This document shows positions 38,756 through 47,614 of a stretch of DNA of 64,000 nt, in pieces. The notes beneath the pieces are model-generated. The model did not search any database. It worked only from the letters and a program-made list of their open reading frames with translations, and was not told the origin of the DNA. Location: positions 11,290-75,289 of the forward strand of contig CAJFSR010000003.1 in the NCBI GenBank assembly GCA_904419735.1, given 5' to 3'. Numbering within the stretch: the first letter of the stretch is position 1; every line of letters starts with the position of its first letter. This DNA comes from Candidatus Neochristensenella gallicola (lineage in GTDB: Bacteria; Bacillota; Clostridia; Christensenellales; QALW01). A program made the position numbers and the translations under genes.

Positions 38756-39646
38756 ATGAACGATATTTATAACGAATATATAGCCAAGGCAAATATACTC
38801 ACGGAAGCTTTGCCGTATATACAAAAATTCTCAGGCAAAACCATAGTAATAAAATACGGCGGCAACGCCATGACCGACGAAAGCATAACCAAAACTATTC
38901 TTCAAGACATAACCCTGCTTAAATATGTGGGCGTAAATCCTGTAGTAGTACATGGCGGCGGGCCTGAAATAAATAAAATGCTGGCTAAATTAGATATAAA
39001 ATCCTCCTTCCATAACGGCCTGCGCATTACCGACGCCGCAACAATGGAGGTAGTCCAGATGGTGCTTACAGGCAAAATCAACAAAGACATAGTTTCAAGC
39101 ATAAACGCTCTGGGAGGCAAAGCCATAGGCCTGAGCGGAAAGGATGCTTCTCTGATAACCGTTCAGAAGAACCCGCCTACGCCGGACGGAGTTGACCTGG
39201 GCTTTGTAGGCAAAGTTACCGGAGTTAATACAAAACTGCTGGAAAAACTGGTTCAGGATGAATATATCCCGGTAATTGCGCCTGTTGGCGCAGACGAGCA
39301 GGGAAACAGCTATAATATAAACGCCGATACCGTAGCAGGCGAAATAGCAGCCCGCCTCAAAGCGGAAAAGCTTATCTTCTTAACAGACACCGACGGCATA
39401 TATGAGAATTATGAGGACAAAAGCTCACTTATGAGCGTTATAAGCATCAATCAGATTAATAAGATGATAGCTTCGGGCGCCATTGAGGGAGGCATGATAC
39501 CCAAAGTGCGCGGCTGCATTAAAGGAATTGAATCAGGAGTGCATCATACCCATATTTTAAACGGCACTATCCCCCATCCTCTTATCCTTGAAATTTTTAC
39601 CGATAAGGGCATTGGCACAATGGTGACAGAAAAGGAGGCCGTCTGA
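38756..39646 (+). CDS. argB: acetylglutamate kinase
   Basis: IVIKYGGNAM and VVVHGGGPEI amino-acid-kinase motifs. Confidence 0.95.
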   Translation: MNDIYNEYIAKANILTEALPYIQKFSGKTIVIKYGGNAMTDESITKTILQDITLLKYVGVNPVVVHGGGPEINKMLAKLDIKSSFHNGLRITDAATMEVVQMVLTGKINKDIVSSINALGGKAIGLSGKDASLITVQKNPPTPDGVDLGFVGKVTGVNTKLLEKLVQDEYIPVIAPVGADEQGNSYNINADTVAGEIAARLKAEKLIFLTDTDGIYENYEDKSSLMSVISINQINKMIASGAIEGGMIPKVRGCIKGIESGVHHTHILNGTIPHPLILEIFTDKGIGTMVTEKEAV

Positions 39647-40843
39647 ATGAATCTGGAACAGATAATTGAGCTGGATAAAAGCTGCTATATGAATGTTTTC
39701 GGCAGCCGCACGCCTGTTTGCTTTGAATACGGCAAAGGCAGCACCCTTTATGACAAATCAGGCAAAGCCTATATTGATTTCCTGGGCGGAATAGCCGTAA
39801 ACTGCTTAGGCTACGGCGACGAGGGGCTCACTCAGGCTATAAGCGAGCAGGCGCAGAAATTAATTCACTGCTCCAACCTCTTCTATATTGAAAAACAAAC
39901 CGAGCTGGCTCAAAAGCTTTATCAGCTTTCAGGCGGTTACAAATGCTTTTTCTGCAACAGCGGCGCTGAAGCCAACGAAGGCGCTTTTAAGCTGGCGCGC
40001 AAATACTTTTACGCCCAAGGCATAGACAGATATGAGATAATTTCGGCTAAAAATTCATTCCACGGCCGGACCATGGCCACAATAGCCGCCACAGGACAGG
40101 AAAAATACCAGCTGCCATACGCTCCCCTGCCCGCGGGCTTTATAAACGTGGAATACAACTCCATAGACGCATTAAAAAGCGCGCTCACTCCTCATACGGC
40201 CGCCGTTGTTTTGGAAACCGCTCAGGGAGAAAGCGGCGTTATAGAGGGCCGGCCAGAATATCTTAAAGCAGTAAGCGAATTATGCAGAAAAGAAGGCATT
40301 CTCCTTATAGTAGACGAGGTGCAGACAGGCATGGGGCGCACCGGTACCATGTTCTCCTTCGAGCAGTATAATTTAAAACCAGATATATTTACCCTGGCTA
40401 AAGGCTTAGGCGGCGGAGTTCCAATAGGTGCAGTGCTGGCGCGGCCCGAAACAGCAGATGCATTTGCGCCGGGCGACCACGGCAGCACCTTCGGCGGCAA
40501 CCCATTGGCCTGCGCCGCCGCGGTATATGTGACCCATAGGCTGGACGAAAATATGCTCAGTCAGGTAACGCAAAAAGGAGAATATTTAAAAAGCCGCCTT
40601 GGGGAATTGGCTAAGAAATATTCCTTCATAAAAGAGGTGCGCGGAAAGGGCCTGCTTGTGGGCATGGAATTATCGCAGAATATTTCGGGCAAGGATATAG
40701 TTGCCAAAGCGCTTATAAAAGGCTTTATTCTTAACTGCGCCGGACACAACACCCTGCGCTTTGCCCCGCCCTTTATCATAACCAAGGAAGAAATAGACGC
40801 GCTTATAGGCGCGCTTGACGAAATTTTTACAACTATTAAATAA
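39647..40843 (+). CDS. argD: acetylornithine aminotransferase
   Basis: Class-III aminotransferase: NSGAEANEGA, DEVQTGMGRTG, PLP-lysine context TLAKGLGGG. Confidence 0.92.
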   Translation: MNLEQIIELDKSCYMNVFGSRTPVCFEYGKGSTLYDKSGKAYIDFLGGIAVNCLGYGDEGLTQAISEQAQKLIHCSNLFYIEKQTELAQKLYQLSGGYKCFFCNSGAEANEGAFKLARKYFYAQGIDRYEIISAKNSFHGRTMATIAATGQEKYQLPYAPLPAGFINVEYNSIDALKSALTPHTAAVVLETAQGESGVIEGRPEYLKAVSELCRKEGILLIVDEVQTGMGRTGTMFSFEQYNLKPDIFTLAKGLGGGVPIGAVLARPETADAFAPGDHGSTFGGNPLACAAAVYVTHRLDENMLSQVTQKGEYLKSRLGELAKKYSFIKEVRGKGLLVGMELSQNISGKDIVAKALIKGFILNCAGHNTLRFAPPFIITKEEIDALIGALDEIFTTIK

Positions 40844-40862
40844 AAGGAGCTGTTATCTATAA

Positions 40863-41834
40863 ATGAAGCTGGAAAATTATACTCCCCAAAAACCCTTTAG
40901 CCAAAAGCATCTGCTGCGCCTGCAGGATTATACTAAAGACGAAATTTTACAGGTGCTCTCTCTGGCTCTGGATTTAAAAGCAAAACAGAAAGCGCATATC
41001 CCCCATAAACTGCTCGAAGGCAAGACGCTGGCCATGATATTTACCAAAGCTTCTACCCGTACCCGTGTTTCATTTGAAACGGGCATGCAGCAGCTGGGCG
41101 GGCACGCCTTGTTCCTCAGCAGCAACGATATACAGCTGGGCCGGGGCGAGCCCATAGCGGATACTGCCAGAGTCATGTCCCGCATGGTGGACGGCATAAT
41201 GATACGCACCTTTAAGCAGTCTGACGTGGAAGATTTATCCAAATACGGTTCAGTCCCGATAATAAACGGCCTTACAGACCTTTTGCACCCCTGCCAGGTA
41301 TTAGCCGACCTTTTAACCATATACGAGCATAAAAACAAGCTGAAAGGGCTTAAATTAGCCTATTTGGGAGACGGCAACAATATGGCGCACTCCCTCCTCA
41401 TAGGATGCTCCAAGGTGGGCATGGATGTCGCCGTAGGCTGCCCTGAGGGATATATGCCCCAGGCTGAAATAGTCGAGCAGGCCAAAGCCAACGCGCAGGC
41501 CGAGGGCTCGAATGTATTAATCACTGCCAGCCCGCAGGAGGCGGCTGCCGGCGCCGATGTAATTTATGCAGACGTATGGGCCAGCATGGGCCAGGAAGCC
41601 GAACAGAAAAAGCGGGAGCAGATATTCCCGCCCTACCAGGTAAATAAAGAGCTGTTCAGCCTGGCCAAGCCCGACGCTATATTTTTGCACTGCCTGCCTG
41701 CTCACCGCGGCGAAGAAGTTACTTCTGACGTAATAGATTCAAGCGCCAGCGTAATATTTGACGAAGCCGAAAACCGCCTGCACGCCCAAAAGGCCGTAAT
41801 GGTCCTGCTTATGGGGGAGGCTTCCAAAAAATGA
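40863..41834 (+). CDS. argF: ornithine carbamoyltransferase
   Basis: STRTR carbamoyl-phosphate motif, DVWASMG ornithine loop and HCLPAHRGEE. Confidence 0.93.
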   Translation: MKLENYTPQKPFSQKHLLRLQDYTKDEILQVLSLALDLKAKQKAHIPHKLLEGKTLAMIFTKASTRTRVSFETGMQQLGGHALFLSSNDIQLGRGEPIADTARVMSRMVDGIMIRTFKQSDVEDLSKYGSVPIINGLTDLLHPCQVLADLLTIYEHKNKLKGLKLAYLGDGNNMAHSLLIGCSKVGMDVAVGCPEGYMPQAEIVEQAKANAQAEGSNVLITASPQEAAAGADVIYADVWASMGQEAEQKKREQIFPPYQVNKELFSLAKPDAIFLHCLPAHRGEEVTSDVIDSSASVIFDEAENRLHAQKAVMVLLMGEASKK

Positions 41835-42343
41835 CAGAAATACGCACGGCTAATGAAAAGGACGTTCCCGACATACTGTATATAACAAAAGAGGCCTTTA
41901 AAAAATATGCCGCCGATTTAGGACAGCCCGAAAAGGTTATGGCTCTTAAAGAGAATGAAAAAACCATTCTGGACGAATTAAAGCGAAAAACCATTCTGCT
42001 GGGCTTTTACGATGGCAAAGCAGTTGGGGCTGTCCGCTTTGAAAAAATACCGGGGAACCTCGCTTATATAACCCGCTTCGGCGTACTGCCAGAGGCGCAG
42101 AAATGCGGAATGGGGCGAAAGCTTATAAGCGAGGTATGCGCCCGCTGCGCACAGGAGGGCATAACCGCCGTAGCGCTGCATACCTGCACTAAGATGTTCC
42201 CCCTTGTGCGTTTCTACTACGGGCAGGGCTTTTATATCCATTCCACGACCCAGGACCGGGGCTATGTGCGCGGATTGTTTTTAAAGGAACTGACAAGCCA
42301 AACTCACGAAACCATGGATTTAACTTTTGTCAGCAAGCTTTAA
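41831..42343 (+). CDS. GNAT family N-acetyltransferase, translationally coupled to argF
   Basis: Acetyl-CoA motif A RFGVLPEAQKCGMGRKLI. The ATGA overlap places its start inside the argF stop. Confidence 0.8.
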   Translation: MTEIRTANEKDVPDILYITKEAFKKYAADLGQPEKVMALKENEKTILDELKRKTILLGFYDGKAVGAVRFEKIPGNLAYITRFGVLPEAQKCGMGRKLISEVCARCAQEGITAVALHTCTKMFPLVRFYYGQGFYIHSTTQDRGYVRGLFLKELTSQTHETMDLTFVSKL

Positions 42344-42774
42344 ACGCCCGTATACCGGCTTGAAAAGCTCTTGCACGAATAAAAATATTATGCTATCATA
42401 ATTTTGCTTATTGAAACAGCGGGTTAGGATGGCAATACAATACCACGTCTAATACGCTTAAAAAATGGAGAGCTTGTTTCCATTTAAAAAGCCGCCGTCC
42501 TTAAAATACTCAAGCATTCCTGCGTCCTGTTCTGCCCTGCAAATAAAAAAGCGCGCTTCCAGACTGTCGTATATTTTCGCCCGGAAGGCTAATACAGCAG
42601 ACGCAAGGCGCACAGGTACCAGGGTATGCCATTGCCCTTGCAGCTTGGCGGGTGCATCTTTAATGCTAAAAAAGGTATTATTCTCCGATTGTATTGCTTA
42701 AACTAACATTGCATCTTTGCCCAAAGCTTCAGCAAGCTTAAAAATACTAATACCATAATAAAGGAAGTGTTTAT

Positions 42775-42978
42775 ATGAAGCAGATTGATAAGGATATGAC
42801 CATACGGGAAGTACTGAGCATTTCCCCCGATTCAGCCGCGGTATTTGCGGGTTACGGAATGTTCTGCATAGGCTGCCCCAGCGCCCAGGCCGAAACGGTA
42901 GAAGAAGCCTGCCAGGCGCACGGCATTGACTGCGAAGCTCTTATAAAGGATATTAACGCCCTGGCCGATAAAAAATAA
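42775..42978 (+). CDS. DUF1858 domain protein (hybrid-cluster-protein-associated redox disulfide type)
   Basis: 67 aa, MTIREVL...GMFCIGCPSAQAETVEEAC pattern, AAGGAAG RBS. Confidence 0.7.
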   Translation: MKQIDKDMTIREVLSISPDSAAVFAGYGMFCIGCPSAQAETVEEACQAHGIDCEALIKDINALADKK

Positions 42979-43016
42979 AAAAATATCTTGACAAACGTAT
43001 AATAATTTATAAAATA

Positions 43017-43049
43017 TACTTAATCGATTAATTATTAATTGGTTAAGTA
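43017..43049. promoter_or_regulatory. candidate MarR operator (14-5-14 inverted repeat)
   Basis: TACTTAATCGATTA-ATTAT-TAATTGGTTAAGTA with 2 mismatches. It lies between a TTGACA box (42989-42994) and the marR-like gene. Confidence 0.5.
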
Positions 43050-43095
43050 TTTTTTGTTATAAGGGGGTGTAATTATTACTGAACATCGTAAAGTT

Positions 43096-43572
43096 ATGAA
43101 GCGGCTGAACAAGCTGCACCTGCTGCACCGCATTTACTTGCAGAAGGCGGCGGTCAGCAACGGCCTGTACGGAGGGCAGCCGCCCTTGCTTGAATACGTT
43201 GAGCACCACCCAGGGTGCACTCAGGCAGAGCTGGCGGATTTTTTGAAAGTCTCTCCCCCATGCATCGCAACTTCAGTCAAGCGTATGCAGAAAGCGGGGC
43301 TGATTACTAAAAAGGAAGACGCTGACGATATGCGCCGCTCCCATTTATACCTTACGCCGCTGGGCGAAGAGAAAAGCCGGCAATGCAGAGAAGCCTGCCA
43401 CAAAATAGACCAGCAGTTATTTCAGGGCTTTACCATTGAAGAAACCGAACATTTTTACAGCATGCTGGACAGGATGCTGTCCAATTTATCCACGGGAGAA
43501 TTTGAAGGAAAAAGCTTTGGTTTGCTTATGCAGACTTCAAAGGAACTGGAAAAAAGAGAGCCTAAGGATTAA
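43096..43572 (+). CDS. MarR family transcriptional regulator
   Basis: Winged-HTH segment CTQAELADFLKVSPPCIATSVKRMQKAGLITKKEDADDMR. Confidence 0.85.
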   Translation: MKRLNKLHLLHRIYLQKAAVSNGLYGGQPPLLEYVEHHPGCTQAELADFLKVSPPCIATSVKRMQKAGLITKKEDADDMRRSHLYLTPLGEEKSRQCREACHKIDQQLFQGFTIEETEHFYSMLDRMLSNLSTGEFEGKSFGLLMQTSKELEKREPKD

Positions 43573-43607
43573 AAATCATTACTCATCCAGGAGGACTTAA
43601 TGCAGCT

Positions 43608-45332
43608 ATGTTAAAAACTCTGTTGCCTTACATGAAAAAGTATAAATGGTCCACGATATTCGCACCGCTGTCCATTATAGCCGAAGTGCTTTTGGAAATA
43701 ACCATCCCTGTACTCATGAGCCGGATAGTAGACAACGGTATCCCCAACAAGGATTTAGCTTACATAGTAAAAATCGGCATGCTTATGGTAATTATGGCCA
43801 TTGCAGGCATGTGCGCCGGCGCGCTGTCATCCCGGCTTGCCGCAAAAGCCAGCATGGGCTTCGCAAGCGAATTGCGCAGCGGCCTATTTAAAAGCGTACA
43901 GCGCTTTTCCTTTTCAAATGTGGACCGGTTCAGCTCAGCTTCCCTTGTCACCCGCCTGACTACCGACGTCACAAACGCGCAGAACGCGTTTCAGATGTGC
44001 ATCCGCATGCTTGTGCGCGCCCCTGTCATGCTTGTAGGCGCCACCATTATGGCATTCAGCATAAACAGCAGCCTAGTGTCTGTTTTCTTAATTACCATAC
44101 CTATACTGGCGGCTACTTTGTTTATAATTACCAAAATGGCGCATCCCCGCTTTATTGCCATGCTGAAAAAATACGACGGGCTGAATTCAACTGTCCAGGA
44201 AAATCTGATTTCAATAAGGGTAGTCAAATCATTCGTGCGCTCCGCTTATGAAAAGGATAAATTTAAAAATGCCAACGACGGCCTTATGAACGCCTCTCTG
44301 CGCGCCGAAAAAGTAGTCATATTTAATATGCCGATAATGCAGCTTTCAGTATATGCCTGCATAATCGCTATATTGTGGTTCGGCGGCAATATGATAGCGG
44401 CCGGTAACATGGAGACAGGCGAACTGATAAGCTTTATTAACTACGTCACACAGATACTGATGAGCCTGATGACCATATGCATGGTTTTTACCAACATTGT
44501 TATCTCCAGAGCCTCATTAAGCCGTATAATCGAGGTGCTTAACGAACAGCCCGACATTAAGGACAGCGCCAAGGAAGATATACCGGTAAATGACGGTTCC
44601 ATAGAATTTAAAAATGTTACCTTCTCCTATTACTCAACCGCTGAAGAAGTGAATCTCAAAAATATAAACGTAAAAATTCATTCGGGCGAAACCATAGGCA
44701 TTATAGGCGGCACCGGCTCGGCTAAATCCACTCTTGTCCAGCTCATTCCCAGGCTGTATGACGCGGATGAAGGAGAGGTCCTGGTAGGCGGCAGGAACGT
44801 CAGGGACTATAAGCTCAAGACCCTTAGAAGCTCAGTGGCCATGGTGCTGCAAAAGAATGTGCTTTTCAGCGGAACCATAAAAGAGAATCTGCGCTGGGGC
44901 AACGCTCAGGCCACCGATGAAGAAATAGAAGCAGCCTGCAAAGCCGCCTGCGCGCATGATTTTATTACAAGCTTCCCCAACGGCTATGAGACTGAATTGG
45001 GTCAGGGCGGCGTAAACGTTTCAGGCGGACAGAAGCAGCGGCTCTGTATAGCGCGGGCGCTGTTATGCAAGCCCAAAATATTAATACTGGACGACAGCAC
45101 CAGCGCCGTGGACACCGCCACCGACGCACGCATAAGAGACGCGCTTAAGACCGCTCTTAAAGGCGCTACCAAGCTTATTATAGCCCAGAGAATAACCAGT
45201 GTTTGCGAAGCGGACAGAATAATAGTTATGGACGACGGGCGCATAAGCGATATAGGCACTCACGAAGAGCTGCTTAAAAGAAACGAAATTTACAGGGAAG
45301 TATATACCTCCCAGCAGAAAGGAGTTGAATAA
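43608..45332 (+). CDS. ABC exporter, fused permease/ATPase subunit (degenerate NBD)
   Basis: Walker A GGTGSAKST, signature VSGGQKQR, Walker B LILDDSTS, switch IAQRITS. Confidence 0.9.
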   Translation: MLKTLLPYMKKYKWSTIFAPLSIIAEVLLEITIPVLMSRIVDNGIPNKDLAYIVKIGMLMVIMAIAGMCAGALSSRLAAKASMGFASELRSGLFKSVQRFSFSNVDRFSSASLVTRLTTDVTNAQNAFQMCIRMLVRAPVMLVGATIMAFSINSSLVSVFLITIPILAATLFIITKMAHPRFIAMLKKYDGLNSTVQENLISIRVVKSFVRSAYEKDKFKNANDGLMNASLRAEKVVIFNMPIMQLSVYACIIAILWFGGNMIAAGNMETGELISFINYVTQILMSLMTICMVFTNIVISRASLSRIIEVLNEQPDIKDSAKEDIPVNDGSIEFKNVTFSYYSTAEEVNLKNINVKIHSGETIGIIGGTGSAKSTLVQLIPRLYDADEGEVLVGGRNVRDYKLKTLRSSVAMVLQKNVLFSGTIKENLRWGNAQATDEEIEAACKAACAHDFITSFPNGYETELGQGGVNVSGGQKQRLCIARALLCKPKILILDDSTSAVDTATDARIRDALKTALKGATKLIIAQRITSVCEADRIIVMDDGRISDIGTHEELLKRNEIYREVYTSQQKGVE

Positions 45333-45333
45333 T

Positions 45334-47223
45334 ATGCCTCCCATCCGTGCAGTCGGAAAACCCAAAAACGCCGGTGCAACCTTAAAGCGCCTGCTGAGCT
45401 ATATGCTTAAAACTAAATGGATGCTTGTAGCCGTATTTATATTTGTGGTCTTTACTTCTCTTGCGGGCGTTATAGGCACTTCCATGCTGGATCCTATTAT
45501 CAATGAAACAATACTGCCTCTGGTAGGCACTTCGCCTGTATTTGAAGATTTCCTGCCGCTGCTGAGAATGATAATATTATTGGCGATAGTTTATGTTATA
45601 GGCGCGTTAAGCTCTTATTTCCAGCAGTTCCTTATGATACGCATATCTAACAGGGCTTTAAATAACATCAGGAGAGATTTGTTCAACCGCCTTGAGGATC
45701 TGCCCATAAAATACTTTGACACGCATACCCACGGCGAAATAATGAGCCGCTTTACCAACGACGTGGATACTGTGCGCGAGGCTATGAGCCAGGGCATAAC
45801 CCAGCTTATGTCCAGCGCTATAACCATAACTGCTACTTTTATCGCCATGCTAATAAAAAGCCCGCTGCTCACTATGTTTATAATCTTAATGCTTATTGTG
45901 ATGCTGTTCATAACCAAATTCATCGGCGCGCGTTCATCTAAAAATTTCCGTCTCCAGCAAAAAGCTCTTGGGCGCGCCAATGGATACATTGAGGAAATGA
46001 TAGAAGGGCAAAAGGTAGTCAAGGTATTTTGTCATGAGGATGTTGTGGAAGGCGAATTTGCGCAGCTTAATGAAAATCTGCGTCAAGCCGCTACAAGCGC
46101 CAATACCTATGCGAGCATTATAATGCCTATTATGGGCAACCTGTCTTATGTAAATTATGCGCTCATATCAGCCTTGGGCGCCTGGATGACTATTTCCGGC
46201 ATAGGCGGAATGGATATAGGCAAGCTGGCCACCTTCCTCCAATATTCCCGCTCCTTCTCCCAGCCCATAACCCAGATAAGCATGCTCTTTAATTCCATAC
46301 TGGCCTCTCTTGCCGGTGCGGAAAGAATTTTTGAGGTTATAGACAGCGAACCTGAACAGGACGGCGGCTATGTTACTCTTGTCAACGCTCAATATGCGCC
46401 TGACGGCAGTTTGACGGAAAGTGAAAAGAGAACGGGGCTATGGGCCTGGAAGCAGCCCCAAAATGGCAACTCCCCCATTTATACTCAGCTCAGAGGCGAC
46501 GTGCGCTTAAACAGCGTCACTTTTGCCTATGAACCTGAAAAGATTGTACTGCACGATATAAGCCTGTACGCCAAGCCCGGCCAGAAGATAGCTTTTGTCG
46601 GGTCAACCGGCGCGGGCAAGACAACCATAACCAATCTTATAAACCGTTTTTATGAGATTAATGAGGGGCAGATTCTTTACGATGGGATTGATATAACCCA
46701 GATTAAAAAGGACGACCTGCGCAGGAGCCTGGCTCTTGTTTTGCAGGATACGCATCTTTTTACCGGCACTGTGCGCGAAAATATCCGCTACGGCCGATTG
46801 GACTCTACTGATAAGGAAGTAGAAGAAGCGGCCAGACTTGCCAACGCCGATACATTTATAAAGCACCTGCCCGACGGCTATGATACTGTCCTGACCTCGG
46901 ACGGCTCCAATCTGAGCCAGGGACAGCGCCAGCTTATAGCCATAGCCCGTGCGGCCGTAGCCGACCCGCCCGTTTTAATCCTGGATGAAGCTACCAGCAG
47001 CATAGATACACGCACAGAGCGTCTTATCGAATTGGGCATGGATAAGCTTATGCACGGACGTACAGTATTTGTCATTGCGCACCGTCTGTCCACAGTACGG
47101 AACGCAGACGCCATTATGGTGCTGGAAAACGGCGAAATAATAGAGCGCGGCAGCCATGATGAGCTAATTGCCCAAAAGGGCAAATATTATCAGTTGTATA
47201 CAGGGCAGTTTGAATTGTCCTGA
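45334..47223 (+). CDS. ABC exporter, fused permease/ATPase subunit (canonical NBD, signature LSQGQ)
   Basis: Walker A GSTGAGKTT, Walker B LILDEATS, H-loop IAHRLST. ATG 45334 lies 9 nt after GAAAGGAG; the ORF track starts at TTG 45325. Confidence 0.9.
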   Translation: MPPIRAVGKPKNAGATLKRLLSYMLKTKWMLVAVFIFVVFTSLAGVIGTSMLDPIINETILPLVGTSPVFEDFLPLLRMIILLAIVYVIGALSSYFQQFLMIRISNRALNNIRRDLFNRLEDLPIKYFDTHTHGEIMSRFTNDVDTVREAMSQGITQLMSSAITITATFIAMLIKSPLLTMFIILMLIVMLFITKFIGARSSKNFRLQQKALGRANGYIEEMIEGQKVVKVFCHEDVVEGEFAQLNENLRQAATSANTYASIIMPIMGNLSYVNYALISALGAWMTISGIGGMDIGKLATFLQYSRSFSQPITQISMLFNSILASLAGAERIFEVIDSEPEQDGGYVTLVNAQYAPDGSLTESEKRTGLWAWKQPQNGNSPIYTQLRGDVRLNSVTFAYEPEKIVLHDISLYAKPGQKIAFVGSTGAGKTTITNLINRFYEINEGQILYDGIDITQIKKDDLRRSLALVLQDTHLFTGTVRENIRYGRLDSTDKEVEEAARLANADTFIKHLPDGYDTVLTSDGSNLSQGQRQLIAIARAAVADPPVLILDEATSSIDTRTERLIELGMDKLMHGRTVFVIAHRLSTVRNADAIMVLENGEIIERGSHDELIAQKGKYYQLYTGQFELS

Positions 47224-47288
47224 TATTCAGGCCGGCAGCAATATAAGAAATTCCCTGTGTTAAGGAACGCGGCGCGCAGCCAGGCAGA

Positions 47289-47431
47289 GAGCCAAGGCTC
47301 AAGCGCCCAATGCAAAAACGGCGGCGTTTGCGGCCTGAAAGGCCGCCGGGCGAAGCTCAAAAGCTTCGTCCGGGCAGGCTCACAGCCTGCCAAACGCCGC
47401 CGTTTTTGCATTGGGCGCTTGAGCCTGGCTC
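47289..47431. repeat. GC-rich nested-palindrome element, copy D (35-bp perfect arms plus a 6-bp extension past a 1-nt bulge)
   Basis: GGCTCAAGCGCCCAATGCAAAAACGGCGGCGTTTG (47296-47330) is the exact reverse complement of 47391-47425. Inner hairpins are CGGCC-TGAAA-GGCCG, CCGGGCGAAGCT-CAAA-AGCTTCGTCCGG and GCAGGCT-CAC-AGCCTGC. Confidence 0.9.
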
Positions 47432-47614
47432 CGGCAGGTCTCCGGAACGCACGCCGCCTTTGCCCTTCTCCCGAGCCTTTTTAATGCATCCGGTTCACCT
47501 TATATTACGATACAATAAAGTATTGACTTGCATCATAAAAGCTATTAAAATATTCAAAAGCACAGCTCTTTACATTAAAAACTAAAAAACGAGCTGCAAA
47601 ATAAAGGTGAGAAA

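Noticed and set aside
40863-41834. Whether argF is really an N-acetyl- or N-succinyl-ornithine carbamoyltransferase, which could explain the missing argJ.
   Set aside because: The protein has the canonical ornithine-binding DVWASMG loop and the HCLPAHRGEE motif of true OTCases.
42465-42701. 78-aa track ORF in the spacer after the arg operon.
   Set aside because: It has no RBS, an unusual composition and no recognisable motif. The region is treated as non-coding and listed as an unexplained spacer.
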